Shown here in pieces: positions 20,432-30,313 of a stretch of DNA of 64,000 bases (positions are counted from its first letter, which is position 1; each line of letters starts with the position of its first letter). Position numbers and translations under genes: made by a program. Location of the stretch: the NCBI GenBank assembly GCA_902529885.1, contig CABZYC010000001.1, forward strand, positions 25,719-89,718, written 5' to 3'. The notes below the pieces were generated by a model, which worked only from the letters and a program-made list of their open reading frames with translations, was not told the DNA's origin and searched no databases. Source of the DNA: an uncultured Candidatus Woesearchaeota archaeon (GTDB taxonomy: Archaea; Nanobdellota; Nanobdellia; Woesearchaeales; GW2011-AR9).

Positions 20432-20881
20432 TTAAAAGTACATCTGTAACCGATTTTTATCAAGTTTCCAATCTGCTGACAATTTCCCAGTACGTTTGTA
20501 ATAAGAAGTTAATCGACGAATTTTTGATTCGGTTAATAAGTGACCACGTTTTGCAGTCATATCTTTACGGTTTTTACCCATGTGTTGAGTGATCATAGCC
20601 AGTTTACGAATTAACGAAACTAAATCTTCTGGTAACTCGCTCGCTGCACCGTTCTCTTGAACAATACCGCCAACACTTTTACCAACCACACTTTTTACAC
20701 TAGGGATTCCATAACTGTCACGAAGTATTACACCAATCTCAGAAAGAGTTTTACCTTCCTTACGTAATTTTAGAATCATCTTGGATACTTCCTCAGAACT
20801 ATAACTACAAATTGTTGTCTTCGATTCAGTCGGCCGGGTACTTCCGGACTTACCTTTTTTACGTGAATGCATTCGTGCCAT
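20432..20881 (-). CDS. rps15: 30S ribosomal protein S15 (uS15/S13e)
   Basis: 149 aa starting MARMHSRKKGKSGSTRP, the canonical archaeal uS15 N-terminus. Confidence 0.9.
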   Translation of the reverse strand: MARMHSRKKGKSGSTRPTESKTTICSYSSEEVSKMILKLRKEGKTLSEIGVILRDSYGIPSVKSVVGKSVGGIVQENGAASELPEDLVSLIRKLAMITQHMGKNRKDMTAKRGHLLTESKIRRLTSYYKRTGKLSADWKLDKNRLQMYF

Positions 20882-20998
20882 TCTATTTAAGTTCAGACGA
20901 GCTTATGCCTGTCTGTCTCCAATACTCCAAAAATCAACGTTCTATATAAAACTTCATTCGAAACCTTTATAAATTTCTTATAGTCTGATAGAAATCAT

Positions 20999-21071
20999 AG
21001 CCCCGTGGTGTAGTGGACTATCATAGCGCTCTTTGGAAGCGTTGACCGCGGTTCGAATCCGCGCGGGGCTA
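20999..21071 (+). tRNA. tRNA-Gln (TTG)
   Basis: AGCCCCGUGGUGUAG... with an A1-U72 first pair typical of archaeal tRNA-Gln. Anticodon stem GCGCU/AGCGU with loop CUUUGGA, T-arm CGCGG-UUCGAAU-CCGCG, discriminator A, no CCA. Confidence 0.8.
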
Positions 21072-21127
21072 CTTTTCTTTGAATCATCAAAACATTATTA
21101 ATATCTAACACACACTAATTTTTTATT

Positions 21128-21517
21128 ATGAAAAAATGTAATTTAAAATGTGTTAGCAAGTACGGAGACCAACTATACCTTGTGTTCCGTGTACTTATTG
21201 GTGCCATGTTTTTTCTGCATGGCTTAGGTAAAGTGACCGTAGAAAGTTTTAGTGTAATAAGCCTATTAGGCGTAGCTGGCATTGTAGAAATATTGGTTGG
21301 AGCAATGCTTGTATTAGGATTATGGACAAGGCTTGGAGCGTTAGCAGGAGCAATAACCATGGTTGTAGCTTATGTTATGATGCACCCTGGATTAAACCCA
21401 TTAAGTTCAGGTGGCGAACTTGCAGTATTATACCTTGTATCTTTTTTAGTAATACTACGTGATGGTGCAGGAAAATACGGTCTTGAAAAAAAATTGTTTA
21501 AAAAAGAACAATTTTAA
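21128..21517 (+). CDS. DoxX-family membrane protein
   Basis: 129 aa with four predicted helices; the N-terminal LIGAMFFLHGLGKV is typical of DoxX. Confidence 0.6.
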   Translation: MKKCNLKCVSKYGDQLYLVFRVLIGAMFFLHGLGKVTVESFSVISLLGVAGIVEILVGAMLVLGLWTRLGALAGAITMVVAYVMMHPGLNPLSSGGELAVLYLVSFLVILRDGAGKYGLEKKLFKKEQF

Positions 21518-21566
21518 TTTTTTTATTTTTCTATATTTTTAAATATTACACACCCCTCGAATTAAT

Positions 21567-22559
21567 ATGAAGATATACATTGCATTATTATTATTATCAA
21601 TATTCATTGTTGCTTGTGCAACTGGTCAAACTACTGAAACAAACATTAACTTATTCACAGTAGAAAACGGAATTCGAATAGACTATGCAGCACAAACTTA
21701 TGCAATTACAAAAAGTGTGGATGGATTCTATGAAGTATACAATAAAAACAGTGAAGGGATTTATCTAACATATAAAGATACTACAATAAACCAAAAAGAT
21801 GATAGCACTACCTTAAACCCCACAAAAGTTGCATATTCTAAAGATGGATTATTATTTGAAGATAGTACAGAATTCCAAACTTATGAAAAACCAGGAGTAT
21901 TAATACCAGGCAGTGAACAATCGCCAACCTACAGGAAATTTATTCTTAAAAGCGATGGTTTAACCAGTAGTACATCATATAATAATGGCCAAACTTATGA
22001 AAAAGATGAAGAGCACCGTTACAGCTTCCCAGATAATATTGAACAATCGATTGGGTATTATGACGTTTTCAATAATGGGCAAGGCCAAATTATTTTGATG
22101 TATATTGGAAACTTTATGACCAGCGAAGAAAGTGTACATCTAGCAATCTCAGAAGATAACGGTGAAAACTTTGTTCTTATTAGCGACAATATACTTGAAG
22201 ACAAGGGTTTGAACGACCAAGGATTAAATTATAGAGATCCAAGAATAACAATGCTTAATGACGGAACCCTTAAACTCTACACAATGGTCCCAGGGAAAGC
22301 TGGACCGCCAACACCAGGGAAAGAAAGTAGAGGATACATCTACAGCCATACAAGTAAAGATGGAGGATACACCTGGACACTTGATGAAGGTATAAGGTTA
22401 CAAGTTGGCGATTTTCCTTACGAGGTATGGTCACTTAATGACCCACACGTTGTACAACTTGAAAATGGACAATTACGAATGTACGTGACCGCACTTATTG
22501 AAGATCAAGGTAGTGACACTGGGTACAAAGAAGTTTTAATTAGTGCGATCTCTGGTTAG
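21567..22559 (+). CDS. Secreted lipoprotein with BNR/Asp-box repeats (sialidase-like beta-propeller)
   Basis: 330 aa. Signal peptide with lipobox-like VACATGQ; Asp-box motifs SEDNGENF and SKDGGYTW (S-x-D-x-G-x-T-W). Confidence 0.6.
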   Translation: MKIYIALLLLSIFIVACATGQTTETNINLFTVENGIRIDYAAQTYAITKSVDGFYEVYNKNSEGIYLTYKDTTINQKDDSTTLNPTKVAYSKDGLLFEDSTEFQTYEKPGVLIPGSEQSPTYRKFILKSDGLTSSTSYNNGQTYEKDEEHRYSFPDNIEQSIGYYDVFNNGQGQIILMYIGNFMTSEESVHLAISEDNGENFVLISDNILEDKGLNDQGLNYRDPRITMLNDGTLKLYTMVPGKAGPPTPGKESRGYIYSHTSKDGGYTWTLDEGIRLQVGDFPYEVWSLNDPHVVQLENGQLRMYVTALIEDQGSDTGYKEVLISAISG

Positions 22560-22619
22560 AACCAAGTTAATAACATGGTTCAACTAAACATTTATATTCT
22601 ATAAAATAGTTGTTAGACT

Positions 22620-23600
22620 ATGAAAGCGAACAAAGTGTTTGCAGCTATCCTAGCAACTATCCTAGCATGTGTTGCTGCATATGCAGTAGCACCTTATGTA
22701 GACGCAATCCTATGGGCAGTTGTCCTTTTTGTAATACTACGTAATCCTCGAACATGGATTGAAAAAATGGGTGTATCAAGACCTATTGCTAGCAAACTGT
22801 GCATTGTTATATTATTGACGTTACTTATTTTACCATTAACAACCATTGTAACACTACTTAGTAGTCAAGCATCACAATTATATTACGGTATTGGGAACCT
22901 TGAACCGAGCGTTACTATGCTTGAACAATTTTTTCCTAACTTAGACCTTAACCTCTATTTTGATCAAATTTTATTAATGCTAAGCAGTTACATACAAAAC
23001 CTTGCTTACACACTTATTACAGGGATAGGGGATTTCATTTTACATCTAACAATTATGTTATTCATTCTTTATTACTTACTCATCACAGAAAGTAAACATA
23101 TGGTTCGATGGGGTTCACTCATACCCTTTAACAAAAAAAATCGTAAACGGTTAATCCAAGAATTTGTGTCTGTCACAGAAGGAACAATTATTGTATCAGG
23201 ACTAATCGCAATTATGCAAGGTACAATTGTAAGCTTAGTCTTTTGGGTGCTTGGTGTACCATCTGCCATCATATGGGGTTTAATAACTTCTTTCTTAGCA
23301 TTTTTACCGGTTGTCGGAGCAAGCTTGATTTATATCCCAGCAATCATCTTCTTCGCAGTTCAAAACAATGTGGTAGGAACAATAACACTTATTGGTACAG
23401 CAATTATATTAAGTTTGATCGACAACTTTTGGCGACCAATGTTAACTCAACGATTCGGTAAAATTCATCCTGTAGCAGTAATACTAGGCGCATTTTCAGG
23501 CATCCCTGTCTTTGGAATTATAGGAATTATCATTGGGCCACTTTTAATCACATATTTACAATTAATATTTAACATGTTTAAAGAAGAATACTTAATGTAA
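22620..23600 (+). CDS. AI-2E family transporter (PerM/UPF0118)
   Basis: 326 aa, about 8 TM segments, with a conserved C-terminal Gly-rich helix GIPVFGIIGIIIGPLL. Confidence 0.65.
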   Translation: MKANKVFAAILATILACVAAYAVAPYVDAILWAVVLFVILRNPRTWIEKMGVSRPIASKLCIVILLTLLILPLTTIVTLLSSQASQLYYGIGNLEPSVTMLEQFFPNLDLNLYFDQILLMLSSYIQNLAYTLITGIGDFILHLTIMLFILYYLLITESKHMVRWGSLIPFNKKNRKRLIQEFVSVTEGTIIVSGLIAIMQGTIVSLVFWVLGVPSAIIWGLITSFLAFLPVVGASLIYIPAIIFFAVQNNVVGTITLIGTAIILSLIDNFWRPMLTQRFGKIHPVAVILGAFSGIPVFGIIGIIIGPLLITYLQLIFNMFKEEYLM

Positions 23601-23634
23601 ACATTTAAATCCTTTAACCACCGAACAGTACCTT

Positions 23635-24312
23635 ATGAAGGTGCAAATTGAAGAAAGCGTGTTTGAACGATTTTCTAAACGAATACGAATTGGTATAATA
23701 CACTTGCACGACGTTGATAACCGAAAAATGCTTGTTGAAAGCCAAAAATTGCTTACCAACATGACGTCGTATGTCCACGATACAAAAGTGGTTGAACAAG
23801 GATTGATTGACACATGGAAAAAAAAGTATGAAACATCACGACAATACCATAGTATTGTTGAACGTTATGTTAAACTCATTAAAAATGGTACAGAACTACG
23901 TGGGCGAACTGTTATTGACAATTTGTGTATGTACCTTACACTGAAACATTTTGTGCCAATCATACCAGATAACTTATCAAATTTAGAAGGAGATATCACT
24001 TTCACTTGTACTAAAACAGACGCTGAATTTGAAGGGTACCCAATAATGGAAAACATGTTGTATGTTAAAGATAAAAACAGTGCATACTCGGTCAGTGGAG
24101 ATTACTGGCGAAGTGAACGATCCTTGTGTAACACAAAAAGTACAGATGTGCTTATTAGACTAGAAATGTTACCACCAATGACTGCTGCAAAGTTTCGGGA
24201 GATTGTTACAGAAACAATCATGTTAGCACGAAAGTTTACTAATGGTCACGGAGCAAGCAAAATTCTTACTAAAAAACATAGAGAAGCTACTTTCAAAAAA
24301 ATTCATGAATAA
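23635..24312 (+). CDS. Hypothetical protein
   Basis: 225 aa soluble protein. It possibly resembles a B3/4-type tRNA-binding fold, but I cannot verify this. Confidence 0.4.
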   Translation: MKVQIEESVFERFSKRIRIGIIHLHDVDNRKMLVESQKLLTNMTSYVHDTKVVEQGLIDTWKKKYETSRQYHSIVERYVKLIKNGTELRGRTVIDNLCMYLTLKHFVPIIPDNLSNLEGDITFTCTKTDAEFEGYPIMENMLYVKDKNSAYSVSGDYWRSERSLCNTKSTDVLIRLEMLPPMTAAKFREIVTETIMLARKFTNGHGASKILTKKHREATFKKIHE

Positions 24313-24315
24313 AAC

Positions 24316-24684
24316 CTATCTTTTAACATGAGGCCTTATTAAAATCGTTATTGCAAATAAGCCTTCAATACAAGATAAAATTACTCCAAATATCTTTTGA
24401 ATGTCAAGAGGAATAAAACCGCTCAACCCAATATAAAACGGAATAAAAAGAACGAAGTATAAGGGCAAAAAGAGGTGTAAAAACGGGTGACCGAACAAAA
24501 GTAAATGAAACAATACGTAAACATTAAAAAGTATAAAAACTAAATAGATTGTTGGAATTAAAGTTCCGTAAATACCATTAAAATACCATTCTTTTGCAAA
24601 ATTGAATGAATCAAATATACCTAGTATAGAAAAAAAGATTACACTGTACAAATAACGACGCAAGAAAACATAATCCAGCTTCAT
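24316..24684 (-). CDS. Hypothetical small membrane protein
   Basis: 122 aa with four hydrophobic helices, convergent with the upstream gene. Confidence 0.45.
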   Translation of the reverse strand: MKLDYVFLRRYLYSVIFFSILGIFDSFNFAKEWYFNGIYGTLIPTIYLVFILFNVYVLFHLLLFGHPFLHLFLPLYFVLFIPFYIGLSGFIPLDIQKIFGVILSCIEGLFAITILIRPHVKR

Positions 24685-24755
24685 TACAAGAATGTGTCTG
24701 TTCTAGTATTTAACAGGTTCGACACATTTAAGTTATAATACATTATTCCTTTAAT

Positions 24756-25202
24756 GTGGAACATGTTAAAACCCATGAAGAACTTTGTATTAAAATTAGG
24801 TTAGAAGAATCAAAATGTAATGGGCAAACATACCTTATTATAAGCGACACATTTCTCCTAAAACCTTACGAGATTGTACACAATTTATTATCTAAAGGCA
24901 TAACCAAAAAAAATCAAATTATTCTTGCAGGACAGCACAAATATGGAATGGACGAATTAGCATTTTTAAAACGTAATAATATACAGTTTGTACCCTCACA
25001 CAAAATTCTTCATAACACAATCCCAAAATGCGACACAGTTGTTATTGATACTAATTGCCTTGACTATGCTGTGCTCCGAAACAATAATCCAGGTGGACTA
25101 CAACTTAACGAACTACAAAAGATTGTACCACTACACAAAAAAATGTATGTGCTCGGAAACGATAAAGAGTATAGTCTATTGACATTACATTTAAATGTGT
25201 AA
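24756..25202 (+). CDS. Arginase/deacetylase-fold-like protein, short paralogue 1 (metal ligands absent)
   Basis: 148 aa. AGQHKYG aligns with the arginase GGDHS motif. VVIDTNCLDYAVL...PGGLQLNELQ aligns with the SxDxDxLDP...GGLTxxE motif, but the Asp/His Mn ligands are replaced. Confidence 0.5.
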   Translation: MEHVKTHEELCIKIRLEESKCNGQTYLIISDTFLLKPYEIVHNLLSKGITKKNQIILAGQHKYGMDELAFLKRNNIQFVPSHKILHNTIPKCDTVVIDTNCLDYAVLRNNNPGGLQLNELQKIVPLHKKMYVLGNDKEYSLLTLHLNV

Positions 25203-25223
25203 ATATTCACCATACAAAATGTT

Positions 25224-25883
25224 ATGCTCCTAATCTATGATAATACATCGTATAAACCCCTTGTTAAACGTTTAGCTAAAGAGCAAATTACTGAAACAGG
25301 ACAAGTGATAAAGTTTGATGGTCGTATTAAAGGCCAAATCTTGCTGCAGACAGACTCCTTAAAAAAATTGTATGTGCACCCTTCCTATGCAAACACATAC
25401 GAAAATGTAACATCTTTCATTAAAGAAAGAGAAATGCCAGGGATAATCATAATTTCATCAAAGCCACAACTTGAAAAGTATGAATTGTTAAACACAATAT
25501 TACGTGATAAGATATTAAGTACACAACAAGTTTGCCTCATTGGACAACATGTTTTTAATAAAGATGAAAAAGATTTTCTGCACAAGTATCATGTACCTTA
25601 CTTCTCAATGCGCGCTATTGCTTCAGAAACACTTTTACCAATAATTAAAAAAGTTAAATCTGTAACCAAAAAATGGAGTGATTGCATGATCATTGTTGAT
25701 TCAAACGTTCTTGATTACCCAATTATTAGAACAAACCTTAGTGGGGGATTAACAACACGAGAACTCATTACGTTAATACAACAACTTAAGATGATACCAC
25801 AGTTCCGTGAAAGTGAGCTTATCATATCACATAAAGAGGCGCGTGTAGCAGTTAAACTGATGACAGAAATGTTTAGAGATTAG
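25224..25883 (+). CDS. Arginase/deacetylase-fold-like protein, paralogue 2 (metal ligands absent)
   Basis: 219 aa, a paralogue of the preceding gene. LIGQHV is followed by IIVDSNVLDYPIIRTNLSGGLTTRELI. Confidence 0.5.
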   Translation: MLLIYDNTSYKPLVKRLAKEQITETGQVIKFDGRIKGQILLQTDSLKKLYVHPSYANTYENVTSFIKEREMPGIIIISSKPQLEKYELLNTILRDKILSTQQVCLIGQHVFNKDEKDFLHKYHVPYFSMRAIASETLLPIIKKVKSVTKKWSDCMIIVDSNVLDYPIIRTNLSGGLTTRELITLIQQLKMIPQFRESELIISHKEARVAVKLMTEMFRD

Positions 25884-25925
25884 CCGAAGAGCTTAAAAAG
25901 GCTAGCTTGTTCCTTGACCAATATT

Positions 25926-26003
25926 GGGCTCGTAGCATAGTCTGGACAGTGCGGCCGGCTTCGGACCGGCAGGTCAGGGGTTCAAATCCTCTCGGGCTCA
26001 CCA
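25926..26003 (+). tRNA. tRNA-Arg (TCG)
   Basis: Acceptor GGGCUCG/CGGGCUC, D-stem GCAU/GUGC, anticodon stem GCCGG/CCGGC with loop CUUCGGA, T-arm AGGGG-UUCAAAU-CCUCU, discriminator A. The 3-prime CCA is encoded. Confidence 0.8.
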
Positions 26004-26038
26004 TAATTTTTTTATACACACACGTCGGTTATTGTAAC

Positions 26039-27373
26039 ATGCTACAAAAATTAGGGAGTTCTTTAAGAGACTCACTTAGTAAACTAAAATCATCAATATT
26101 CATTGATGAAACACTAATTAACGATATTGTACGAGATATTCAACGTGCACTATTACAAAGTGATGCCAACGTCCGTTTAGTGTTAGACCTTTCAAAACGT
26201 ATTAAAGAACGTGCAAAAGAACCTAGTCCCAAAGGAATATCTAAACGAGATTATTTGGTCAAGATTGTATATGAAGAATTAACAACATTTCTTGGTGAAG
26301 AATCAATCAAAATAGAACTTACAAAAAAGCCCACTACGCTTATGCTTATTGGCTTGTTTGGTTCAGGTAAAACCACCACTACTGCTAAACTAGCAAAATT
26401 CTATAAAAAGCGTGGGCATAAAGTTGCAGTAATAGAAACAGACACCTGGCGGCCAGCTGCTTATGACCAATTACAGCAAACGTCAGAACAAATAGGAGTA
26501 GATTTTTATGGAGATAAAAATCTTAAAGATCCAACTCAAATTTACTTGAAATTTGAATCACAGGTTAAAGATTACGACATTGTTATTGTTGATACAGCCG
26601 GACGTGATAGATTATCTGACGAGCTTGTTAAAGAATTAACAGAACTAAACAATGCAGTCAACGCAGACCACCGAATTTTAATATTATCAGGAGATATTGG
26701 GCAAGGAGCAGAAAAACAAGCACAGATGTTTCACGAGACCTGTAATGTGACAGGCATTATCCTTACAAAAATGGAAGGTACAGCTAAAGGTGGCGGCGCT
26801 CTTTCTGCATGTCATGTTACAGGCGCAGGTGTACTCTTTTTAGGTGTTGGCGAAAAGCTTGACGATTTAGAAGAGTATCACCCTCAACGTTTTGTTGGAA
26901 GACTTCTTGGTATGGGTGATTTAGAAACTTTGCTTGAACGTGCACATGAAGTTATCAATGAAGAAAAAGCTGAAGATTTACAAAAACGGTTCCAAAAAGG
27001 TAATTTTGATCTTAACGACCTTTATGAACAAATGAAGGCATTAAAAAGTATGGGAAGCCTAGGGAAAATCATGGAAATGATACCTGGTATGAGCTCGTTA
27101 AAGCTTCCTAAAGAAGCATTAGATGTACAAGAAAGTAAACTGCAAAAATGGAAATATGCCATTGATAGCATGACCCCGTACGAACGTAGTAACCCCGACT
27201 GTTTTAATTCTAATAGGGTTGACAGAGTGGCTGCAGGAGCAGGAATGAGTATAAGAGAGATACGCGATTTACTAAAACAGTATAAACAAAGTAAAAAAAT
27301 GATGAAAATGTTTAATGGAGAACAAGACGTAAGCAAACTTATGCAAAAAATGAAAGGGAAACGACCCTTCTAG
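26039..27373 (+). CDS. srp54: Signal recognition particle protein SRP54
   Basis: The start is corrected to MLQKLGSSLRDSL at 26039; the ORF-track start at 25907 runs through tRNA-Arg. N domain, G domain (GLFGSGKTTT, DTAGR, TKMEG) and a Met-rich M domain. Confidence 0.9.
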   Translation: MLQKLGSSLRDSLSKLKSSIFIDETLINDIVRDIQRALLQSDANVRLVLDLSKRIKERAKEPSPKGISKRDYLVKIVYEELTTFLGEESIKIELTKKPTTLMLIGLFGSGKTTTTAKLAKFYKKRGHKVAVIETDTWRPAAYDQLQQTSEQIGVDFYGDKNLKDPTQIYLKFESQVKDYDIVIVDTAGRDRLSDELVKELTELNNAVNADHRILILSGDIGQGAEKQAQMFHETCNVTGIILTKMEGTAKGGGALSACHVTGAGVLFLGVGEKLDDLEEYHPQRFVGRLLGMGDLETLLERAHEVINEEKAEDLQKRFQKGNFDLNDLYEQMKALKSMGSLGKIMEMIPGMSSLKLPKEALDVQESKLQKWKYAIDSMTPYERSNPDCFNSNRVDRVAAGAGMSIREIRDLLKQYKQSKKMMKMFNGEQDVSKLMQKMKGKRPF

Positions 27374-27435
27374 CTCAATACCACCGAAACGTTTAAATAA
27401 CGTTTTCTTGCTTGTGGATTATAAGAGGTAAACAA

Positions 27436-27669
27436 ATGTCAGAAAATTATTCTCGCCCATTAGATGCTTTAAACGAAAATCGTGGTAAAAACGTGGTTAT
27501 CGATTTAAAGAACGGAGCACGTTTCACAGGTAAACTGCGTGCTTTTGACATCCATATTAATCTAGTATTGGATGAAGCTGAAGAAAGTCGTAACGGTGAA
27601 ATTATCCGTAAATGCGGTACCATTTTCCTACGTGGTGACACAATAGTAGTCATCTGCCCATCAGCATGA
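27436..27669 (+). CDS. Sm-like archaeal protein (LSm/SmAP)
   Basis: Sm1/Sm2 motifs: VVIDLKNGARFTGKLRAFDIHINLVLDEAEE...IFLRGDTIVVI. The start could be 27412 or 27436. Confidence 0.85.
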   Translation: MSENYSRPLDALNENRGKNVVIDLKNGARFTGKLRAFDIHINLVLDEAEESRNGEIIRKCGTIFLRGDTIVVICPSA

Positions 27670-27830
27670 AAGGAACACCTTCCATGGGTGGTAAAAGTGG
27701 GAAGAAAAACCACTTTAACTGTCGTCGATGCGGTAGATTAGCTTACCATAAAAAGAAAAAACGGTGTGCAAGTTGCGGATTTGGTGCAACAGCTACACGA
27801 CGTAGCTTCAACTTTTACAAAAAACACTGA
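27666..27830 (+). CDS. rpl37e: 50S ribosomal protein L37e
   Basis: Hand-translated 54 aa: MKGTPSMGGKSGKKNHFNCRRCGRLAYHKKKKRCASCGFGATATRRSFNFYKKH, with a C4 zinc ribbon. It is absent from the ORF track because it is under 60 aa. The ATG overlaps the LSm stop (ATGA). Confidence 0.85.
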   Translation: MKGTPSMGGKSGKKNHFNCRRCGRLAYHKKKKRCASCGFGATATRRSFNFYKKH

Positions 27831-28672
27831 GCGATTAATTCGCTCACATTAATTTTACTATTTTCATGTTCAATAGTATTTGTACATAACACAGAATCAA
27901 ACTTTGACATTTTCTTCAATGCATCTTCTACAAAAAGACCATGTACACCAATAGCGTGGACGCTGCGTGCACCTCTCGCTTTCTTCATGGCTTCCAACAT
28001 AGTGTGGCCCGTACTAATAATATCGTCTACAATAATACAATCTTTTCCTCTCAAATCTACTGGTTTTAACAGTTTAGAACTAACTTTCCTACCACTATAT
28101 CTCGTCTTTTCTAGTACAGTAGAATCACATCCTATTTGACCAGCTATATCTTCTGCCCATTGGTAGGATTCCCAATCTGGTCCAATGATGACAGGTCGTT
28201 TAAACTTTCGTTTGATGTATCGTGCTAATGTATCGTTGGCCGATAAACACGTAGTTTTACATGCAAACACTTCTTTTAGTGAACGAACACGGTGCAAGTG
28301 TGGGTCAATCGTAATAATCTTGTCTATAAAGGAAGATAACATCTGGCCCATTACAACATTACTTTGTACGTCGCCTGTACGGAATACTTTATCCTGCCGC
28401 ATGAAACCCAAATAAGGTGCAACCAAAGTGATTTTCTTAGCACCGTGCTGCCTTGCACCTTTAGCCATCAGGCATAAGCGTAACAAAGTTTCGTTCGGGT
28501 CAGGTTGGAACGATTCAATAATGATAACATGTTTAGCCAGTGAATGTTTGTTATACTGTAAATGCATCTCACCGTCAGGAAACGATTGCTGTTTTATACC
28601 AATAAAAGGTACATTTAGTCTTCGTGCTACTTTCTTCGCCAGCTTTTTACTATTATAACTTGTAACAATCAT
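27815..28672 (-). CDS. prs: Ribose-phosphate pyrophosphokinase
   Basis: 285 aa. PRPP synthetase motifs (KKITLVAPYLGFMRQDKVF; PRPP-binding loop DDIISTGHTM). Confidence 0.85.
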   Translation of the reverse strand: MIVTSYNSKKLAKKVARRLNVPFIGIKQQSFPDGEMHLQYNKHSLAKHVIIIESFQPDPNETLLRLCLMAKGARQHGAKKITLVAPYLGFMRQDKVFRTGDVQSNVVMGQMLSSFIDKIITIDPHLHRVRSLKEVFACKTTCLSANDTLARYIKRKFKRPVIIGPDWESYQWAEDIAGQIGCDSTVLEKTRYSGRKVSSKLLKPVDLRGKDCIIVDDIISTGHTMLEAMKKARGARSVHAIGVHGLFVEDALKKMSKFDSVLCTNTIEHENSKINVSELIAQCFL

Positions 28673-28723
28673 ATATCATAGAATGTATAAGTGATATATT
28701 ATGTTAACCTTTAAATATACAAA

Positions 28724-30313
28724 TTGAGAAGTGCGAGTATGGATAAAAATATGGTACACTGGGCAGATGTAACAGCACACAAAATTATTTGTCAAAAAGG
28801 AGATAAAGATGCATACACTATTGCAGCAGGGATTACTCCTTCCGGAATTGTCCACATAGGTAATTTCAGAGAAATAATGACGAACGATCTTGTAAAAAGA
28901 GCATTAGAATATAGAGGGAAAAAAGTACGGTTTATCTACAGTTGGGATGACTTTGACGTGTTCCGTAAAGTACCTGAAGGATTACCACAACAAGATAAGC
29001 TTAAACTAGCATTACGAAAACCTATTGTTGACGTAATAGATCCATTCGATAAGCACGAAAGTTATGCACGGTCTAACCAAATCCCTGTTGAAGAAGTTGT
29101 ACACAAAATTGGTATCCACCCTGAATTTATTTATCAGCACAGCAAATATCGTGCAGGGCATTATGCCGAACAAATCAAGTTTGCTCTTGAGCACACACAA
29201 GAAATAAAGGATATACTCAATAAACACAGAGATACACCTCTATCGAATGATTGGTTACCAGTCTCAGTCTTCTCAAAATCTAATGGCACAGATATTGTAT
29301 CAAACATCAAATGGGATGGTGAATGGACAATCTCGTATGAATTAGAGGATGGTAATACAGAATCTTTGAATTTTAAAGAGGGTGGGAACGTAAAACTAAA
29401 ATGGCGTGTTGACTGGCCAATGAGGTGGAAATATGAAGAGATTGATTTTGAACCCGGGGGTAAAGATCACTCTACAAAAGGTGGAAGTTATGACACAGGT
29501 AAAGAAATCGTAACATTATGGAACTTTGATGCTCCAACATATATCAGGTATGACTTTGTTTCATTGAAGGGTCAAAAAGGTAAAATGAGTAGTAGTAAAG
29601 GTAATGTAATCACTGTACAGGATGTCCTTAAAGTGTATGAACCTGAAATAGTACGATATTTGTTTGCAGGACCACGCGCTAATGCAGAGTTTAATATTAG
29701 TTTTGACCTTGATGTAATTAAGATTTATGAAGATTTTGATAAATGTGAAAGGGTATATTATGATATTGAAACACTTAAATCTGAAAAGGAAACTATCAAA
29801 AATAATAGAACTTACGAATTAAGTTGTATTGAAAAACCAAAAGAGAATATACCTTACCAACCTAGTTTCAGGCATCTCACAAACATCTTATTGGTAAATG
29901 AACTTGATATTGACAAAACAATAAGTTATCTTGAAAATGAATTAAAATCTGAGTCTGACAAACTAAGACTCCGTACTAGAGCAGAATGCGCAAAATATTG
30001 GCTAAAAAACTATGCACCAGAAGAATTCACGTTCAGTGTTAATAGTCAAACTAAATGTGAACTTTCAACAGAGTTAAAACCACTATTTAATGAACTAGCA
30101 GAAAAGATTGAATCACGTGAATGGTCTGATAATGAATTACACGAAGAGATGTATGTCTTGTGCACAAACCATAATGTTGAGCATAAAGAATTTTTTAAAA
30201 ATGCATACAATATATTAATCTCTAAAAACAAAGGACCTAGATTAGCTAATTTTATATTAGAAATTGGGAAGGAACGTGTATCTTACTTGTTCAGACAAGC
30301 AAGTAAAACATAA
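28724..30313 (+). CDS. lysK: Lysyl-tRNA synthetase, class I (archaeal-type)
   Basis: 529 aa. HIGH-type motif PSGIVHIGNFRE, KMSSSKG (KMSKS), and VKLKWRVDWPMRW / DFEPGGKDH / SYDTGKEI blocks characteristic of LysRS-I. Confidence 0.92.
   Translation: MRSASMDKNMVHWADVTAHKIICQKGDKDAYTIAAGITPSGIVHIGNFREIMTNDLVKRALEYRGKKVRFIYSWDDFDVFRKVPEGLPQQDKLKLALRKPIVDVIDPFDKHESYARSNQIPVEEVVHKIGIHPEFIYQHSKYRAGHYAEQIKFALEHTQEIKDILNKHRDTPLSNDWLPVSVFSKSNGTDIVSNIKWDGEWTISYELEDGNTESLNFKEGGNVKLKWRVDWPMRWKYEEIDFEPGGKDHSTKGGSYDTGKEIVTLWNFDAPTYIRYDFVSLKGQKGKMSSSKGNVITVQDVLKVYEPEIVRYLFAGPRANAEFNISFDLDVIKIYEDFDKCERVYYDIETLKSEKETIKNNRTYELSCIEKPKENIPYQPSFRHLTNILLVNELDIDKTISYLENELKSESDKLRLRTRAECAKYWLKNYAPEEFTFSVNSQTKCELSTELKPLFNELAEKIESREWSDNELHEEMYVLCTNHNVEHKEFFKNAYNILISKNKGPRLANFILEIGKERVSYLFRQASKT

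Noticed and set aside
25907-26038. ORF-track N-terminal extension of SRP54
   Set aside because: It reads through tRNA-Arg (25926..26003). The conserved SRP54 N-terminus begins at the internal Met.
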